Below are positions 22,043 to 32,263 of a DNA stretch of 64,000 nucleotides, in pieces. The stretch is taken from contig CAVQQD010000003.1 of the NCBI GenBank assembly GCA_963714975.1, positions 416,001-480,000 on the forward strand, read 5' to 3'. The DNA comes from an uncultured Gammaproteobacteria bacterium (GTDB lineage Bacteria > Pseudomonadota > Gammaproteobacteria > JAURND01). The notes beneath the pieces were generated by a model. It had not been told where the DNA came from and searched no databases. It saw only the letters and a program-made list of their open reading frames with translations. Positions within the stretch are counted from its first letter, which is position 1, and each line of letters begins with the position of its first letter. A program made the translations under genes and the position numbers.

Positions 22043-23961
22043 GCAATGAATATAATATTAGTGATGTGGATATTTACTTGTTTAACCAAGGCGATCATGT
22101 GCGGTTATATCAAAAATTAGGTGCACACTGTATCGTAAAAAATGCAGAGCCAGGGGTGCAGTTTGCAGTTTGGGCCCCTAACGCTAAACAAGTTTTTGTG
22201 ATGGGAGAGTTTAATGATTGGAATAAGACGAGTCATCCTCTGCAACCTTTAGCCAGTTCGGGTATTTGGGTTGGATTTATTCCTGGACTCTCCCAAGGAG
22301 AACATTATAAATATCATATTGTTTCTAATCGTCATAATTTATCTGGTGATAAGGCGGATCCATTGGCTTTTTATGCTGAGGTACCGCATCGCACTGCTTC
22401 GATTGTGTGGTCTTTGGATTATCAATGGCAAGATGCCGAATGGATGCAGAGCCGCAAAGAATATCAAGCGCATAATCAGCCGCTCGCGATTTATGAGGTG
22501 CATCTTGGTTCGTGGCGACGAATTCCAGAACAGGAAAATCGCTTTTTGAGCTATCGTGAATTGGCGCCACAATTAACCGATTACGTAAAACAGTTAGGAT
22601 TTACCCATGTGGAATTCATGCCAATTATGGAACATCCTTTTTATGGCTCCTGGGGTTATCAAATTACTAGCTATTTTGCCCCTACTAGCCGCTATGGTTC
22701 CCCTCAAGACTTGATGTATTTAATTGATTATCTCCATCAACACGGTATTGGGGTGATTTTGGATTGGGTTCCTTCTCATTTTCCTACGGATGATCATGGT
22801 TTAGCATTATTTGACGGGACACATTTATATGAACATGCGGACCCACGATTAGGATTTCATCCTGATTGGCATAGTGCTATTTTTAACTATGGTCGTTATG
22901 AGGTGCGTAGTTTTCTGTATAGTAGTGCGCTGTTTTGGTTGGATAAATATCATATTGATGGCTTACGGGTGGATGCAGTGGCTTCGATGTTATATCTAGA
23001 TTATTCACGTAAAGAAGGTGAATGGATTCCAAATCAATATGGTGGGCGAGAAAATATTGATGCCTTATTTTTTATTCGGCGACTCAACGAAGAGATTTAT
23101 AAAAATTATCCTGATGTACAAACTTTTGCCGAAGAATCTACTGATTGGGGGATGGTTTCCCGGCCTACTTATGTCGGAGGTCTAGGTTTTGGTTATAAGT
23201 GGGATATGGGTTGGATGCATGATACTTTATCTTATTTACACTATGATCCTATTCATCGAAGTTATCATCATAATGAATTAACTTTTCGTATGCTTTATGC
23301 TTTCTCGGAAAATTTTGTTTTGCCGCTGTCGCATGATGAAGTAGTGCATGGCAAGAGTAGCTTACTTGCGAAAATGCCAGGTGATGATTGGCAGAAGTTT
23401 GCAAACTTACGTTTATTATTGGGTTATCTCTATGCTCAACCAGGGAAAAAGCTGCTATTTATGGGAGGAGAGTGGGGCCAATGGGGCGAGTGGCAGCATG
23501 ACGAAAGTTTAGCATGGCATTTATTGCAGTATCCACTCCATCAAGGAATGCAAAAATGGGTGCAAATGCTGAACCAGCTTTATCGACAAGTAAAAGCTTT
23601 ACATCAATTAGATACGGAACCTTTAGGCTTTGAGTGGATTGATTGCGCAGACTATACCTCTAGTGTGATTAGTTTTCTTCGCCATTCGACTGAAAAAGAT
23701 AATTACGTGCTTGTGGTTATGAATTGTACTCCGGTAACACACCGGCAATATCGAATCGGAGTTCCTAATCAAGGTCTTTGGCGAGAGATTGCGAATAGTG
23801 ATGGTATGGAATTTGGGGGAAGTGGTCAGGAAAATTCAGGTGATCTGTGCACAACAGATACTCCTTGTCATCAGCGGCCTTATTCACTGAATTTAATTTT
23901 GCCTCCTTTAGGAATTCTTTTTTTGCAACCTCTCGAGGGGGCGGGGGGTCTATGCGATTAG
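22039..23961 (+). CDS. glgB: 1,4-alpha-glucan branching enzyme
   Basis: FAVWAPNA, YEVHLGSW, GSWGYQ, DWVPSHF, LRVDAVASM, AEEST, LSHDEVVHGK. Confidence 0.95.
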   Translation: MSNEYNISDVDIYLFNQGDHVRLYQKLGAHCIVKNAEPGVQFAVWAPNAKQVFVMGEFNDWNKTSHPLQPLASSGIWVGFIPGLSQGEHYKYHIVSNRHNLSGDKADPLAFYAEVPHRTASIVWSLDYQWQDAEWMQSRKEYQAHNQPLAIYEVHLGSWRRIPEQENRFLSYRELAPQLTDYVKQLGFTHVEFMPIMEHPFYGSWGYQITSYFAPTSRYGSPQDLMYLIDYLHQHGIGVILDWVPSHFPTDDHGLALFDGTHLYEHADPRLGFHPDWHSAIFNYGRYEVRSFLYSSALFWLDKYHIDGLRVDAVASMLYLDYSRKEGEWIPNQYGGRENIDALFFIRRLNEEIYKNYPDVQTFAEESTDWGMVSRPTYVGGLGFGYKWDMGWMHDTLSYLHYDPIHRSYHHNELTFRMLYAFSENFVLPLSHDEVVHGKSSLLAKMPGDDWQKFANLRLLLGYLYAQPGKKLLFMGGEWGQWGEWQHDESLAWHLLQYPLHQGMQKWVQMLNQLYRQVKALHQLDTEPLGFEWIDCADYTSSVISFLRHSTEKDNYVLVVMNCTPVTHRQYRIGVPNQGLWREIANSDGMEFGGSGQENSGDLCTTDTPCHQRPYSLNLILPPLGILFLQPLEGAGGLCD

Positions 23962-25850
23962 GAGCAACCTATTTAAGTGAAAATCAAACTGAATTTCTGC
24001 TGTATGCTCCTTACGCCGAAGCAGTTGAGCTGGTCATTGGGGCTCCTGGCGGGTTTAAACAAGCCATGCTAAGACAAGAAAAGGGTTATTTTCATTGTAT
24101 TGCTCAAAATGTGCCGCCAGGCAGTCTTTATTGGTACCGTTTCAACCAGCAATGCTATGCTGATCCAGCTTCTCGTTTTCAACCGGAAGGAATTTTCGGA
24201 CCTTCGCAAGTTATTGATGCCTGTTACAGCAATTCCCGCTCTATAGAACTTTGGCCGACGGGTGACGCGTGGGGCAACAACGCCGCGCGCAGCGAGCGAG
24301 CACGACGGGTTGCCCGCGCGGCAGGACCCGTCGGGGATCAGAGCTTCAGCGGGTGGCGGGGTTTAGCGCTTAGTCAGTATATTATTTATGAAGTACATGT
24401 AGGTACTTTTACTTCCGAGGGTACTTTTGCAGCACTGATGGCGAAGCTGGATTGGATAGGCGAGCTTGGTGTGACCGCCATTGAGTTAATGCCAGTGGCG
24501 CAATTTCCTGGAGATAGAAATTGGGGCTATGATGGCGTGTTTCCTTTTGCAGTGCAGAATAGCTACGGCACACCGGAACAATTAAAAGCGTTAGTGCAAG
24601 CCTGTCATCAGCGGGGTTTAGCAGTGATTTTGGACGTGGTTTATAATCACGTAGGCCCGGAAGGAAATCACTTCAATCAATTTGGTCCGTATTTTACCGA
24701 GCGGTATCACACGCCTTGGGGAGCTGCGATCAATTTTGATGGACCCAGCAATCATGAAATTCGCCGCTTCTTCATAGAAAATGCTTTAATGTGGGTTGGC
24801 GATTATCACATCGATGCGTTGCGTTTGGATGCTCTGCACGCGGTATTTGATTATTCTGCTGATCCTTTTTTGGCTGAATTAGCTGAGCAGGTTCATCATT
24901 TTGCTCGACAGACCGGTCGATTCATTTATTTATTTGCTGAAGCCGCTCGGAATGACTTGAAATTTGTTCATCGCAAAAAGCAGGGAGGATACGGCTTAGA
25001 TGTGCAGTGGAATGAGGATTTTCATCATGCCTTACATGCGGTATTAACGGGAGAAAGAAGCGGTTATTATCAAGATTTTGGTCAATTAGCTCAATTGGCA
25101 AAAGCTTTTAAAGAAGGCTACGTGCTTACCGAGCGGGGTCAATCTTCTGCGGAGGTTGCAGGGGAAAAATTTCTAGTATTTGGTCAAAATCACGATCAAA
25201 TTGGAAATCGTATGCTAGGAGAGCGCTTCACTCAGTTGCTTAATTTTGCCCAGCGCAAACTTGCCGCCAGTGTGATTTTGCTGTCTCCTTATATTCCACT
25301 GTTATTTATGGGAGAAGAATATGGTGAAGAAGCACGCTTTTGGTATTTTATCAGTCACGCTAATCCTAATTTAATTCAGGCAGTGAGAGAAGGTCGACGC
25401 AAAGAATTTAGCCTAGATGATAATTCGAATGAAATGCTGGACCCGCAAGCAATCGAGACATTTATACAATCGAAACTGCATCATCATTTGCGCCAGGAAG
25501 ACTGGCATAAACCATTATATACCTGGTACCAACAATTAATTTCCTATCGAAAAAATATACCGACATTAGCGCACTTAGACAAAATAAATACCGTTGTGCG
25601 TTGTAATACTGAATTGATGCTAATGACGGTACATCGGTGGCATCAAAGTGATGAAGTCTTTATTGTTTTCTTTTTTGTTAACACTGAATCTAAGATCTCT
25701 ATTACCACGCCACCTGGAGTATGGCACAAAATATTAGATTCCGAGGATAGAGAATGGGGAGGCAACGGCAGTTCCTTGCCCCCAAAAATTTCATCTGAGA
25801 CCCAATTAATATTGAGGGCATATGTTACAGCTATTTACCGTAAAACGTGA
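23952..25850 (+). CDS. treZ: Malto-oligosyltrehalose trehalohydrolase, with in-frame repeat insertion
   Basis: DPASRFQPEG, RNWGYDG, DVVYNH, LRLDALH, QNHDQIGNR; start taken at ATG23952. Confidence 0.92.
   Translation: MRLGATYLSENQTEFLLYAPYAEAVELVIGAPGGFKQAMLRQEKGYFHCIAQNVPPGSLYWYRFNQQCYADPASRFQPEGIFGPSQVIDACYSNSRSIELWPTGDAWGNNAARSERARRVARAAGPVGDQSFSGWRGLALSQYIIYEVHVGTFTSEGTFAALMAKLDWIGELGVTAIELMPVAQFPGDRNWGYDGVFPFAVQNSYGTPEQLKALVQACHQRGLAVILDVVYNHVGPEGNHFNQFGPYFTERYHTPWGAAINFDGPSNHEIRRFFIENALMWVGDYHIDALRLDALHAVFDYSADPFLAELAEQVHHFARQTGRFIYLFAEAARNDLKFVHRKKQGGYGLDVQWNEDFHHALHAVLTGERSGYYQDFGQLAQLAKAFKEGYVLTERGQSSAEVAGEKFLVFGQNHDQIGNRMLGERFTQLLNFAQRKLAASVILLSPYIPLLFMGEEYGEEARFWYFISHANPNLIQAVREGRRKEFSLDDNSNEMLDPQAIETFIQSKLHHHLRQEDWHKPLYTWYQQLISYRKNIPTLAHLDKINTVVRCNTELMLMTVHRWHQSDEVFIVFFFVNTESKISITTPPGVWHKILDSEDREWGGNGSSLPPKISSETQLILRAYVTAIYRKT
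24227..24353. repeat. Family-D repeat inserted in frame in treZ
   Basis: CAGCAATTCCCGCT...GACGGGTGACGCG...GGACCCGTC...TTCAGCGGG; GC-rich island in an AT-rich gene; homologues at 44961-45041 and 60016-60095. Confidence 0.85.
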
Positions 25851-25854
25851 TATG

Positions 25855-25968
25855 ACCGGCACAAGCCGCAGGGGTGACGCATGGGACAACACCACCGCGC
25901 GCAGCGTGCGAGCACGGTGGGTTGCCCATGCGGCAGGACCTCGTAGGCGAGTTGGTGGGCGGTACAAG
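25855..25968. repeat. Family-D-related repeat
   Basis: GGGTGACGCATGGGACAACACCACCGCGCGCAGCGTGCGAGCACGGTGGGTTGCCCATGCGGCAGGACC matches the internal part of 24260-24330. Confidence 0.8.
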
Positions 25969-25984
25969 CTGGAGGATAATTAAA

Positions 25985-28405
25985 ATGGATCGATATATTT
26001 GCATTCATGGACATTTTTATCAGCCGCCTCGGGAAAATCCTTGGCTAGGGAAAATTGAACAACAAGATTCTGCTTACCCTTATCATGACTGGAATGAACG
26101 TATTACGGAAGAATGTTATGCACCTAATTCTACAGCGCGCATTTTGGACAGTAATAAGCGGATTATTAAAATTGTAAATAATTATTCTAAAATCAGTTTT
26201 AATTTTGGACCGACCTTATTGTCTTGGTTAGAAGAATATTCTCCCGAAGTTTATGCAGCTATTCTTCAGGCCGACAAAGACAGCATACAACTGTTTGCGG
26301 GTTGTGGCAGCGCCATCGCGCAAGCTTATAACCATATGATCATGCCGTTGGCAAATCGCCAGGATAAGTACACGCAGGTTTTGTGGGGAATCCGCGATTT
26401 TGAACATCGATTTCAGCGCAAGCCATTAGGGATGTGGTTACCTGAAACAGCAGTTGATTTAGAAACCCTAGAAATCATGGCAGAATTAGCAATTAAGTTT
26501 ACTATTTTAGCGCAACATCAAGCAAAGCGACTGCGAAAAATAGCAGATCATAGCCGTTGGCATGATGTTAACAATGGCCAGATCTCTCCGACCATGCCTT
26601 ATCTGCAAAAATTGGCTTCAGGTCGGTCAATCGTAATTTTCCTCTATGATGGTCCAGTTTCTCAGGCGATTGCATTTACTGATATGCTTAAAAATGGAGA
26701 AAATTTAGCTGAAAGTATTAACAAGATTTTTTCCGATAAATCCAATCGCCCAGAGCTAGCTAATATTGCCACGGATGGTGAAACTTATGGTCATCATCAT
26801 CCTTTTGGCGATATGGCATTAGCCTATGCCTTGCACTATATTGAAGAAAAACAGCTGGGCAAGGTAACCAATTACAGCCAATTTCTGCAAATTTTTCCGC
26901 CTAACCATGAGATCGATATCCTCGAAAATACTTCCTGGAGCTGTATTCATGGAGTTGAACGCTGGCGATCTAATTGTGGTTGCGCTGGTGGAGGTAATTG
27001 GAATCAAGAGTGGCGTCGGCCGTTACGAGAAGCACTGGATTGGTTGCGTGATTCGATAAAGTCTCCCTATGAAAATAAATGTCATGAAATTTTTAAAGAT
27101 CCTTGGACCGCGCGTAATAATTACATTGAGGTAATTTTGGATCGCTCTGACCAATCGTTAGGGAAATTTTTTCAAGAAAATGCTATCCATGATTTAAATG
27201 AAGAAGAAAGGCAAGTTGCATTATGTTTGATGGAAATGCAACGACATGCCCTGTTGATGTATACGAGCTGTGGCTGGTTTTTTGAGGAATTATCTCGGAT
27301 TGAAACCACGCAAATTATTAGTTATGCTGCAAGAGTAATTCAATTAGCTGAGCAGACTTTGTTAATTTCACTTGAATATCAATTTTTGGAAAGATTAGCT
27401 AATGCAAAAAGTAATATTCCAGAATATCATGATGGCCGGTATGTTTATGACAATTTTATTAAACCAAGGACCATCACTTGGCCAAAAATCGCTGCTCATT
27501 ATGCCATTACTTCGTTATTCGAAAATTATGAAAAGAATGATGAAATTTATTATTACCGAATAGATCATGCTGATGTCCAAAAAATGACTTCAGGTAACGT
27601 ACAGCTTTTGTTAGGTCATGGAATATTTACCTCTGTCATTACCCGTGAATTTTCCAAATTATCATTTGGAGTTCTACATTTAGGCGACCAAAATCTTATC
27701 TGTGCAAGTAAATTTCATAATGAACAAGATTATGCGAAAATGTTTCAAGAAATCAATAATATGTTTAACGGAGCCGATTTAGTAGGGGTTAATAAACTTT
27801 TCTATGCCTATTTTGATGATTCAATTTATTCTATAGGCTCTCTTTTTTATGATCAAAAGCGTTGGGTATTAAATCGGATTTTTGAAAATACCTTGATAGA
27901 AATTGAAATTATTTATAAAAGAATTTATCAACAACATGCCTTTTTAATACGTTTTATTGAGGATTTGGGAATTCCTCTTCCTGAGGCATTTAAAACGGTT
28001 GCTCAACATATAATTAATTCAGAAATAAAGAAAGAATTTTCCAGAGTAAAATTTAAATTAACTCATATTAATAAATTATTAGATGAGGCCAAACTTGCCA
28101 AGGTGAAATTAGATCCAGTTGAGCTTGGGTTTGTTTTGCAAAAAACGTTAGAGTGTATGATGTTGAGTTTGCAAAGAGATGTTAGTTCATTAAAAAAAAT
28201 GCGCCACATTATAGATGCAATGAAGGTTATTGGTCGTTTACCGTTTCAAATTAATCTTTATCATATACAAAACAGCTTTTTTCAATTATTGGAGTCAACT
28301 TACCCTCAGTTTAAACAACTAGCGGATCAGGGTGGGGAGAAAGAACAGACTTGGGTAGAGAATTTTCATATTCTCGGTGACCAATTATCTATTAATGTTT
28401 CATAG
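25985..28405 (+). CDS. GH57/DUF3536 glycoside hydrolase
   Basis: HGHFYQPPRENPW, GMWLPETAV, ATDGETYGHH, SWSCIHGVERWRSNCGC, MYTSCGWFF; GGAGG SD before ATG25985. Confidence 0.9.
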   Translation: MDRYICIHGHFYQPPRENPWLGKIEQQDSAYPYHDWNERITEECYAPNSTARILDSNKRIIKIVNNYSKISFNFGPTLLSWLEEYSPEVYAAILQADKDSIQLFAGCGSAIAQAYNHMIMPLANRQDKYTQVLWGIRDFEHRFQRKPLGMWLPETAVDLETLEIMAELAIKFTILAQHQAKRLRKIADHSRWHDVNNGQISPTMPYLQKLASGRSIVIFLYDGPVSQAIAFTDMLKNGENLAESINKIFSDKSNRPELANIATDGETYGHHHPFGDMALAYALHYIEEKQLGKVTNYSQFLQIFPPNHEIDILENTSWSCIHGVERWRSNCGCAGGGNWNQEWRRPLREALDWLRDSIKSPYENKCHEIFKDPWTARNNYIEVILDRSDQSLGKFFQENAIHDLNEEERQVALCLMEMQRHALLMYTSCGWFFEELSRIETTQIISYAARVIQLAEQTLLISLEYQFLERLANAKSNIPEYHDGRYVYDNFIKPRTITWPKIAAHYAITSLFENYEKNDEIYYYRIDHADVQKMTSGNVQLLLGHGIFTSVITREFSKLSFGVLHLGDQNLICASKFHNEQDYAKMFQEINNMFNGADLVGVNKLFYAYFDDSIYSIGSLFYDQKRWVLNRIFENTLIEIEIIYKRIYQQHAFLIRFIEDLGIPLPEAFKTVAQHIINSEIKKEFSRVKFKLTHINKLLDEAKLAKVKLDPVELGFVLQKTLECMMLSLQRDVSSLKKMRHIIDAMKVIGRLPFQINLYHIQNSFFQLLESTYPQFKQLADQGGEKEQTWVENFHILGDQLSINVS

Positions 28406-28411
28406 GTTGAT

Positions 28412-30643
28412 ATGCGAAGACCCTTAGCAACTTATCGGCTGCAATTAAATCATTTATTTCCGCTAAGAGAAGCCACTAAATGGATTTCTTACTGGCATTC
28501 GTTAGGGATATCGGACCTCTATGCCTCACCGTTAACTTCGGCTCAACCTGGGAGTTTGCATGGTTATGATGTGATTAACCCTAATAAAATTAATCCGGAA
28601 ATTGGCAGCAAAGCTGATTTAAACTCCTTTTCTAAAACACTACACCAACACCAAATGGGTCTTTTGTTTGACTTTGTCCCTAATCATATGTCTACGGCAA
28701 GTGAAAATGCTTGGTGGCAAGACGTATTACGAAAAGGGAGAAAGTCAAAATTTTATCGCTATTTTGATTTAAACTGGCGGTTAAATCCTAAATTCCCCTA
28801 TCGACGATTTTTTGACATCAATGAATTAGTATCGTTACGAGTAGAGGATCCAGCAGTATTTGACGCTATTCATCATCTGGTTTTTTCTTTAATAAGATCC
28901 GATATTATTACCGGGTTACGAATTGATCACATTGATGGTCTTTTCGCACCTAAGGATTATTTGTTAAAATTACAAACACAAATCAGCAAAATTATTGGAG
29001 AAAAATTTTATATTGTAGTCGAGAAAATTTTAGCTTATAACGAAACTATTCCGCTTAATTGGCCAGTTTGTGGAACTACGGGCTATGATTTTTTAAATCG
29101 AGTGAATACTGTTTTCGTGCATAAAAAAGGCTATGAGGAATTAAAACTAGCCTATCAAGCAATAACCGGGAAAAAGCAAAGCTGGGAATTGACTCGTTAT
29201 CAAAATAAAAAAGCCGTGATTCGTCAGATTTTTAATGATGAAACTAAGAAATTAGCCTTAGATTTACAAGAAGTAATGCTTATTTTAGCCAAAACTAAAT
29301 TGGATTTATCGGTATTAGAAGAAGCCATTATTGAAGTGACGGCTAATCTGGGTGTTTATAGAACTTATATTGAAAATCCCCCCAATATTTCGGCCAAGCA
29401 AAAGACTGCATGGATTAACTGGGTGATGCATTGGCAACAGTACACTGGCCCAGTGATGGCTAAAGGCTATGAGGATACTACTTCCTATATCTATCTTCCT
29501 TTGCTCTCCTTAGCTGAGGTGGGAAGCGATGTCGTAATGGAGAAAACGTTGGGTAATGTGCATTGCTTGCACGATTTTTTCATTAAGCGCCAGCTGCATT
29601 GGCCTTATTCATTAAATGCTTCTTCTACTCATGATACTAAGCGCTCTGAAGATGTTCGCGCGCGCATTAATGTATTATCGGAAATTCCTCAGGAATGGGT
29701 TTCACGGGTAAGAATTTGGAAGCAAATACTCGATCCGCTAAAAAAAATAATTAATGGTGAGCCTGTTCCTGATAATAATCTGGAATTTTTCATTTATCAA
29801 AGTTTGCTTGGGGTCTGGCCAACCTCGTCAAAGTATTCCAAATCTCGGCTATGTCAACGTATGAAAAATATGATTGTAAAGGCAGCGCGCGAAGCCAAAA
29901 TTTATACTAGCTGGCAATGCCCTACCCAAGATTATGAGTCCGCTTTAGTTTATTTTATTGATATTTTATTTCGCGAATACAAGTTCATGAATATTTTCCT
30001 ACCTTTTCAAGCAAAGATAGCATTTCATGGTATATTAAATTCCCTAAGTCAGTTAGTGGCAAAAATTACTGCACCTGGCATCCCTGATTTCTATCAAGGG
30101 ACTGAGCTATGGAATTTTTTGTTAGTGGATCCTGATAATCGCCAGGTAGTTGATTTTCGAAATTATCAAAAATGCCTGCTCGGTATTTGGGGGGGGAAGC
30201 AGCAAAGCACCGGTAAATTACTTGATAGAATTTGCAAAAATTGGCGTAACGGCAGAATAAAAATGTATGTCATGCTAAAAGCATTGATTTTTAGGCAGCA
30301 GTTTTTTAAGGTGTTTCAAGAGGGTGCATATATTCCTCTCAAAGTTTCTGGAAAATGCCATAATTGCGTTTTTGCTTATGCTAGATTTTTAGCTAATACC
30401 TGGATTATCGTGGTAATAGTCCGTTTCACTACTTTTCTGGTGGATTCTGGCCAATTTCCGCATGGCCAAGAAATTTGGGGAAAGACTAGCATTGTTCTCC
30501 CTAAAAATGCTCCCACTTGTTTTAGAAATATTTTTACTGAGGAAGTGCTAACTGCTTTTCCTGGCAGAGATTGCAATAAAATTTTATTATCTACTATTTT
30601 TAATCAATTTCCCGTGGCAATATTGACAGGGACGACAGTGTGA
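28412..30643 (+). CDS. treY: Malto-oligosyltrehalose synthase
   Basis: ATYRLQL, GSLHGYDV, DFVPNHM, YRRFFDINEL, LRIDHIDG, VEKIL, STHDTKRSEDVRAR, LVDPDNR. Confidence 0.92.
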   Translation: MRRPLATYRLQLNHLFPLREATKWISYWHSLGISDLYASPLTSAQPGSLHGYDVINPNKINPEIGSKADLNSFSKTLHQHQMGLLFDFVPNHMSTASENAWWQDVLRKGRKSKFYRYFDLNWRLNPKFPYRRFFDINELVSLRVEDPAVFDAIHHLVFSLIRSDIITGLRIDHIDGLFAPKDYLLKLQTQISKIIGEKFYIVVEKILAYNETIPLNWPVCGTTGYDFLNRVNTVFVHKKGYEELKLAYQAITGKKQSWELTRYQNKKAVIRQIFNDETKKLALDLQEVMLILAKTKLDLSVLEEAIIEVTANLGVYRTYIENPPNISAKQKTAWINWVMHWQQYTGPVMAKGYEDTTSYIYLPLLSLAEVGSDVVMEKTLGNVHCLHDFFIKRQLHWPYSLNASSTHDTKRSEDVRARINVLSEIPQEWVSRVRIWKQILDPLKKIINGEPVPDNNLEFFIYQSLLGVWPTSSKYSKSRLCQRMKNMIVKAAREAKIYTSWQCPTQDYESALVYFIDILFREYKFMNIFLPFQAKIAFHGILNSLSQLVAKITAPGIPDFYQGTELWNFLLVDPDNRQVVDFRNYQKCLLGIWGGKQQSTGKLLDRICKNWRNGRIKMYVMLKALIFRQQFFKVFQEGAYIPLKVSGKCHNCVFAYARFLANTWIIVVIVRFTTFLVDSGQFPHGQEIWGKTSIVLPKNAPTCFRNIFTEEVLTAFPGRDCNKILLSTIFNQFPVAILTGTTV

Positions 30644-30649
30644 GTAGTT

Positions 30650-31183
30650 ATGTTAGTTATCCTTGACCGTGATGGTGTGATCAATGAAGATTCGGATGAT
30701 TTTATTAAGTCACCTTCTGAATGGATTCCTATACCCAACAGTTTGCAAGCGATTGCGGCTTTAAATAAGGCTGGGCATCAGGTGGTAATAGCGACTAATC
30801 AGTCGGGGATTGCGCGTGGGTTGTTTACGGAACAAGATCTAACAGCCATTCATCAAAAGATGCAAGTGGCGTTAGCAGCAGTAGGTGGGCATATTGATGG
30901 GATTTTTTATTGTCCGCATCATCCTGATGAAGGCTGTGATTGCCGCAAACCAAGGCCAGAAATGTTGCTGCAAATCGCTGAGCAGTTCAAGGTGGATTTG
31001 CGTCAGGCGTTATTAATTGGCGATGCTGAACGCGATATTCTTTGCGCTCAGGCAGTGGATTGTCCGGCTTGGTTAGTGATGACGGGAAAGGGAATGCGCG
31101 TTTTGTCCCGTAAAGTTTTAACGGGTGTGCCGATTTATGCTGATCTGGCCGCTGCAGTTGCGCAAATTAAACAGCACAGGTAA
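30650..31183 (+). CDS. gmhB: D-glycero-D-manno-heptose 1,7-bisphosphate phosphatase
   Basis: LDRDGVIN, ATNQSGIARG, CPHHPDEGCDCRKP. Confidence 0.92.
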   Translation: MLVILDRDGVINEDSDDFIKSPSEWIPIPNSLQAIAALNKAGHQVVIATNQSGIARGLFTEQDLTAIHQKMQVALAAVGGHIDGIFYCPHHPDEGCDCRKPRPEMLLQIAEQFKVDLRQALLIGDAERDILCAQAVDCPAWLVMTGKGMRVLSRKVLTGVPIYADLAAAVAQIKQHR

Positions 31184-31190
31184 CTATTCA

Positions 31191-32198
31191 CTACGCTTTT
31201 GCCTCTCCCCTTGTGTGCATAAGAATATGTTTCTGTAAGCTGGTGGCAGTTTGTGGACCGTGCAAAGTCTCATGAAGTTGCCCTTGGGGATCAATTAAAA
31301 AGGTTACAGGGAGCGCAGGGATATTTTGAATGCCGAAGCGTTTCAGTGGAAATTTTTGCAGTAGGGGGAATTGCAGGTGCAGAGTTTGGGCTAATTGGTT
31401 AATTTCGGCCTTAGCTAAGCCATCATAACTGACCCCTAAAACCAAGGCACGTTGGCGATTTTGTTGATAAAAGGTGTTGAGTTCAGGTAATTCTTTGAGA
31501 CAGGGCTGACACCAGGTGGCCCAGTAGTTGACAATGATCCATTGGCCGCGGTAATCAGATAAATTAATCAGGCGCCCATGATTGTCGCGAATATCGGCGG
31601 AGGGGGTAGCAGCAAGCAACTGCTTGATATCCGCAGCAATTTTATTGGCATCATGTGGCATGGTGAAAACGCCATAAAACTGCCCCTCAGGGTTGATAAT
31701 TAGAATCGTCCCGCTGTGATCAATGCTTTCACCATTTTTCGTATACAACACGCTCAAATCATGAGTGAGCTGATCGACTTGGGTGGGCAAACCAGTTGCT
31801 CCTAAAAAATGCGGGTTAAAGCTGCTTAAATATTCGCTAAGGCGCTCTGGAGTGTCGCGTTCAGGGTCGACTGAGATAAAAACAACTTGAGGCAGATTTC
31901 TCTCTTGAGCTGCCAATTTTTTATAAGCTTGATTTAAAGTAGCTAAAGTAGTGGGACATAAATCCGGGCAATTGCTGAAACCAAAAAATAGCAAGCTCCA
32001 GTGGCCTTTTAGATTTTGTTCACTAAAGGGCTGGTTTTTAGCATCGATTAATTGGAAGGAGTTAATGATTCTTGGTTGAGTAAATACGGTGGCTGTGGTG
32101 AGATTAGGTTTGGCAGAAGCCAGCTGATAATGGTTGTGGTACACCCAGGCGCCGAACAACGCGGCAATCAGGGCGATAGCGGCAATGAATAGTTTCAT
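31191..32198 (-). CDS. SCO1/SenC-TlpA thioredoxin fusion protein
   Basis: FFGFSNCPDLCP and DHS (SCO) followed by VNYWATWCQPCLKELP...LPVTFLID (TlpA-like); start taken at ATG32198. Confidence 0.85.
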   Translation of the reverse strand: MKLFIAAIALIAALFGAWVYHNHYQLASAKPNLTTATVFTQPRIINSFQLIDAKNQPFSEQNLKGHWSLLFFGFSNCPDLCPTTLATLNQAYKKLAAQERNLPQVVFISVDPERDTPERLSEYLSSFNPHFLGATGLPTQVDQLTHDLSVLYTKNGESIDHSGTILIINPEGQFYGVFTMPHDANKIAADIKQLLAATPSADIRDNHGRLINLSDYRGQWIIVNYWATWCQPCLKELPELNTFYQQNRQRALVLGVSYDGLAKAEINQLAQTLHLQFPLLQKFPLKRFGIQNIPALPVTFLIDPQGQLHETLHGPQTATSLQKHILMHTRGEAKA

Positions 32199-32222
32199 AG
32201 ATATAATACCCCCTCTCTCCGT

Positions 32223-32256
32223 AAATCCCTTCTCCCGCTTGCGGGAGAGGGGATTT
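32223..32256. repeat. Family-A repeat
   Basis: AAATCCCTTCTCCCGCTTGCGGGAGAGGGGATTT hairpin. Confidence 0.8.
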
Positions 32257-32263
32257 TTGTTTT

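Noticed and set aside
23847-23951. Long N-terminal extensions from the ORF track (treZ 23847, GH57 25874, SCO 32267, NlpC 58195, umuD-like 60722)
   Set aside because: They overlap neighbouring genes, repeats or regulatory DNA; downstream ATGs fit family starts better
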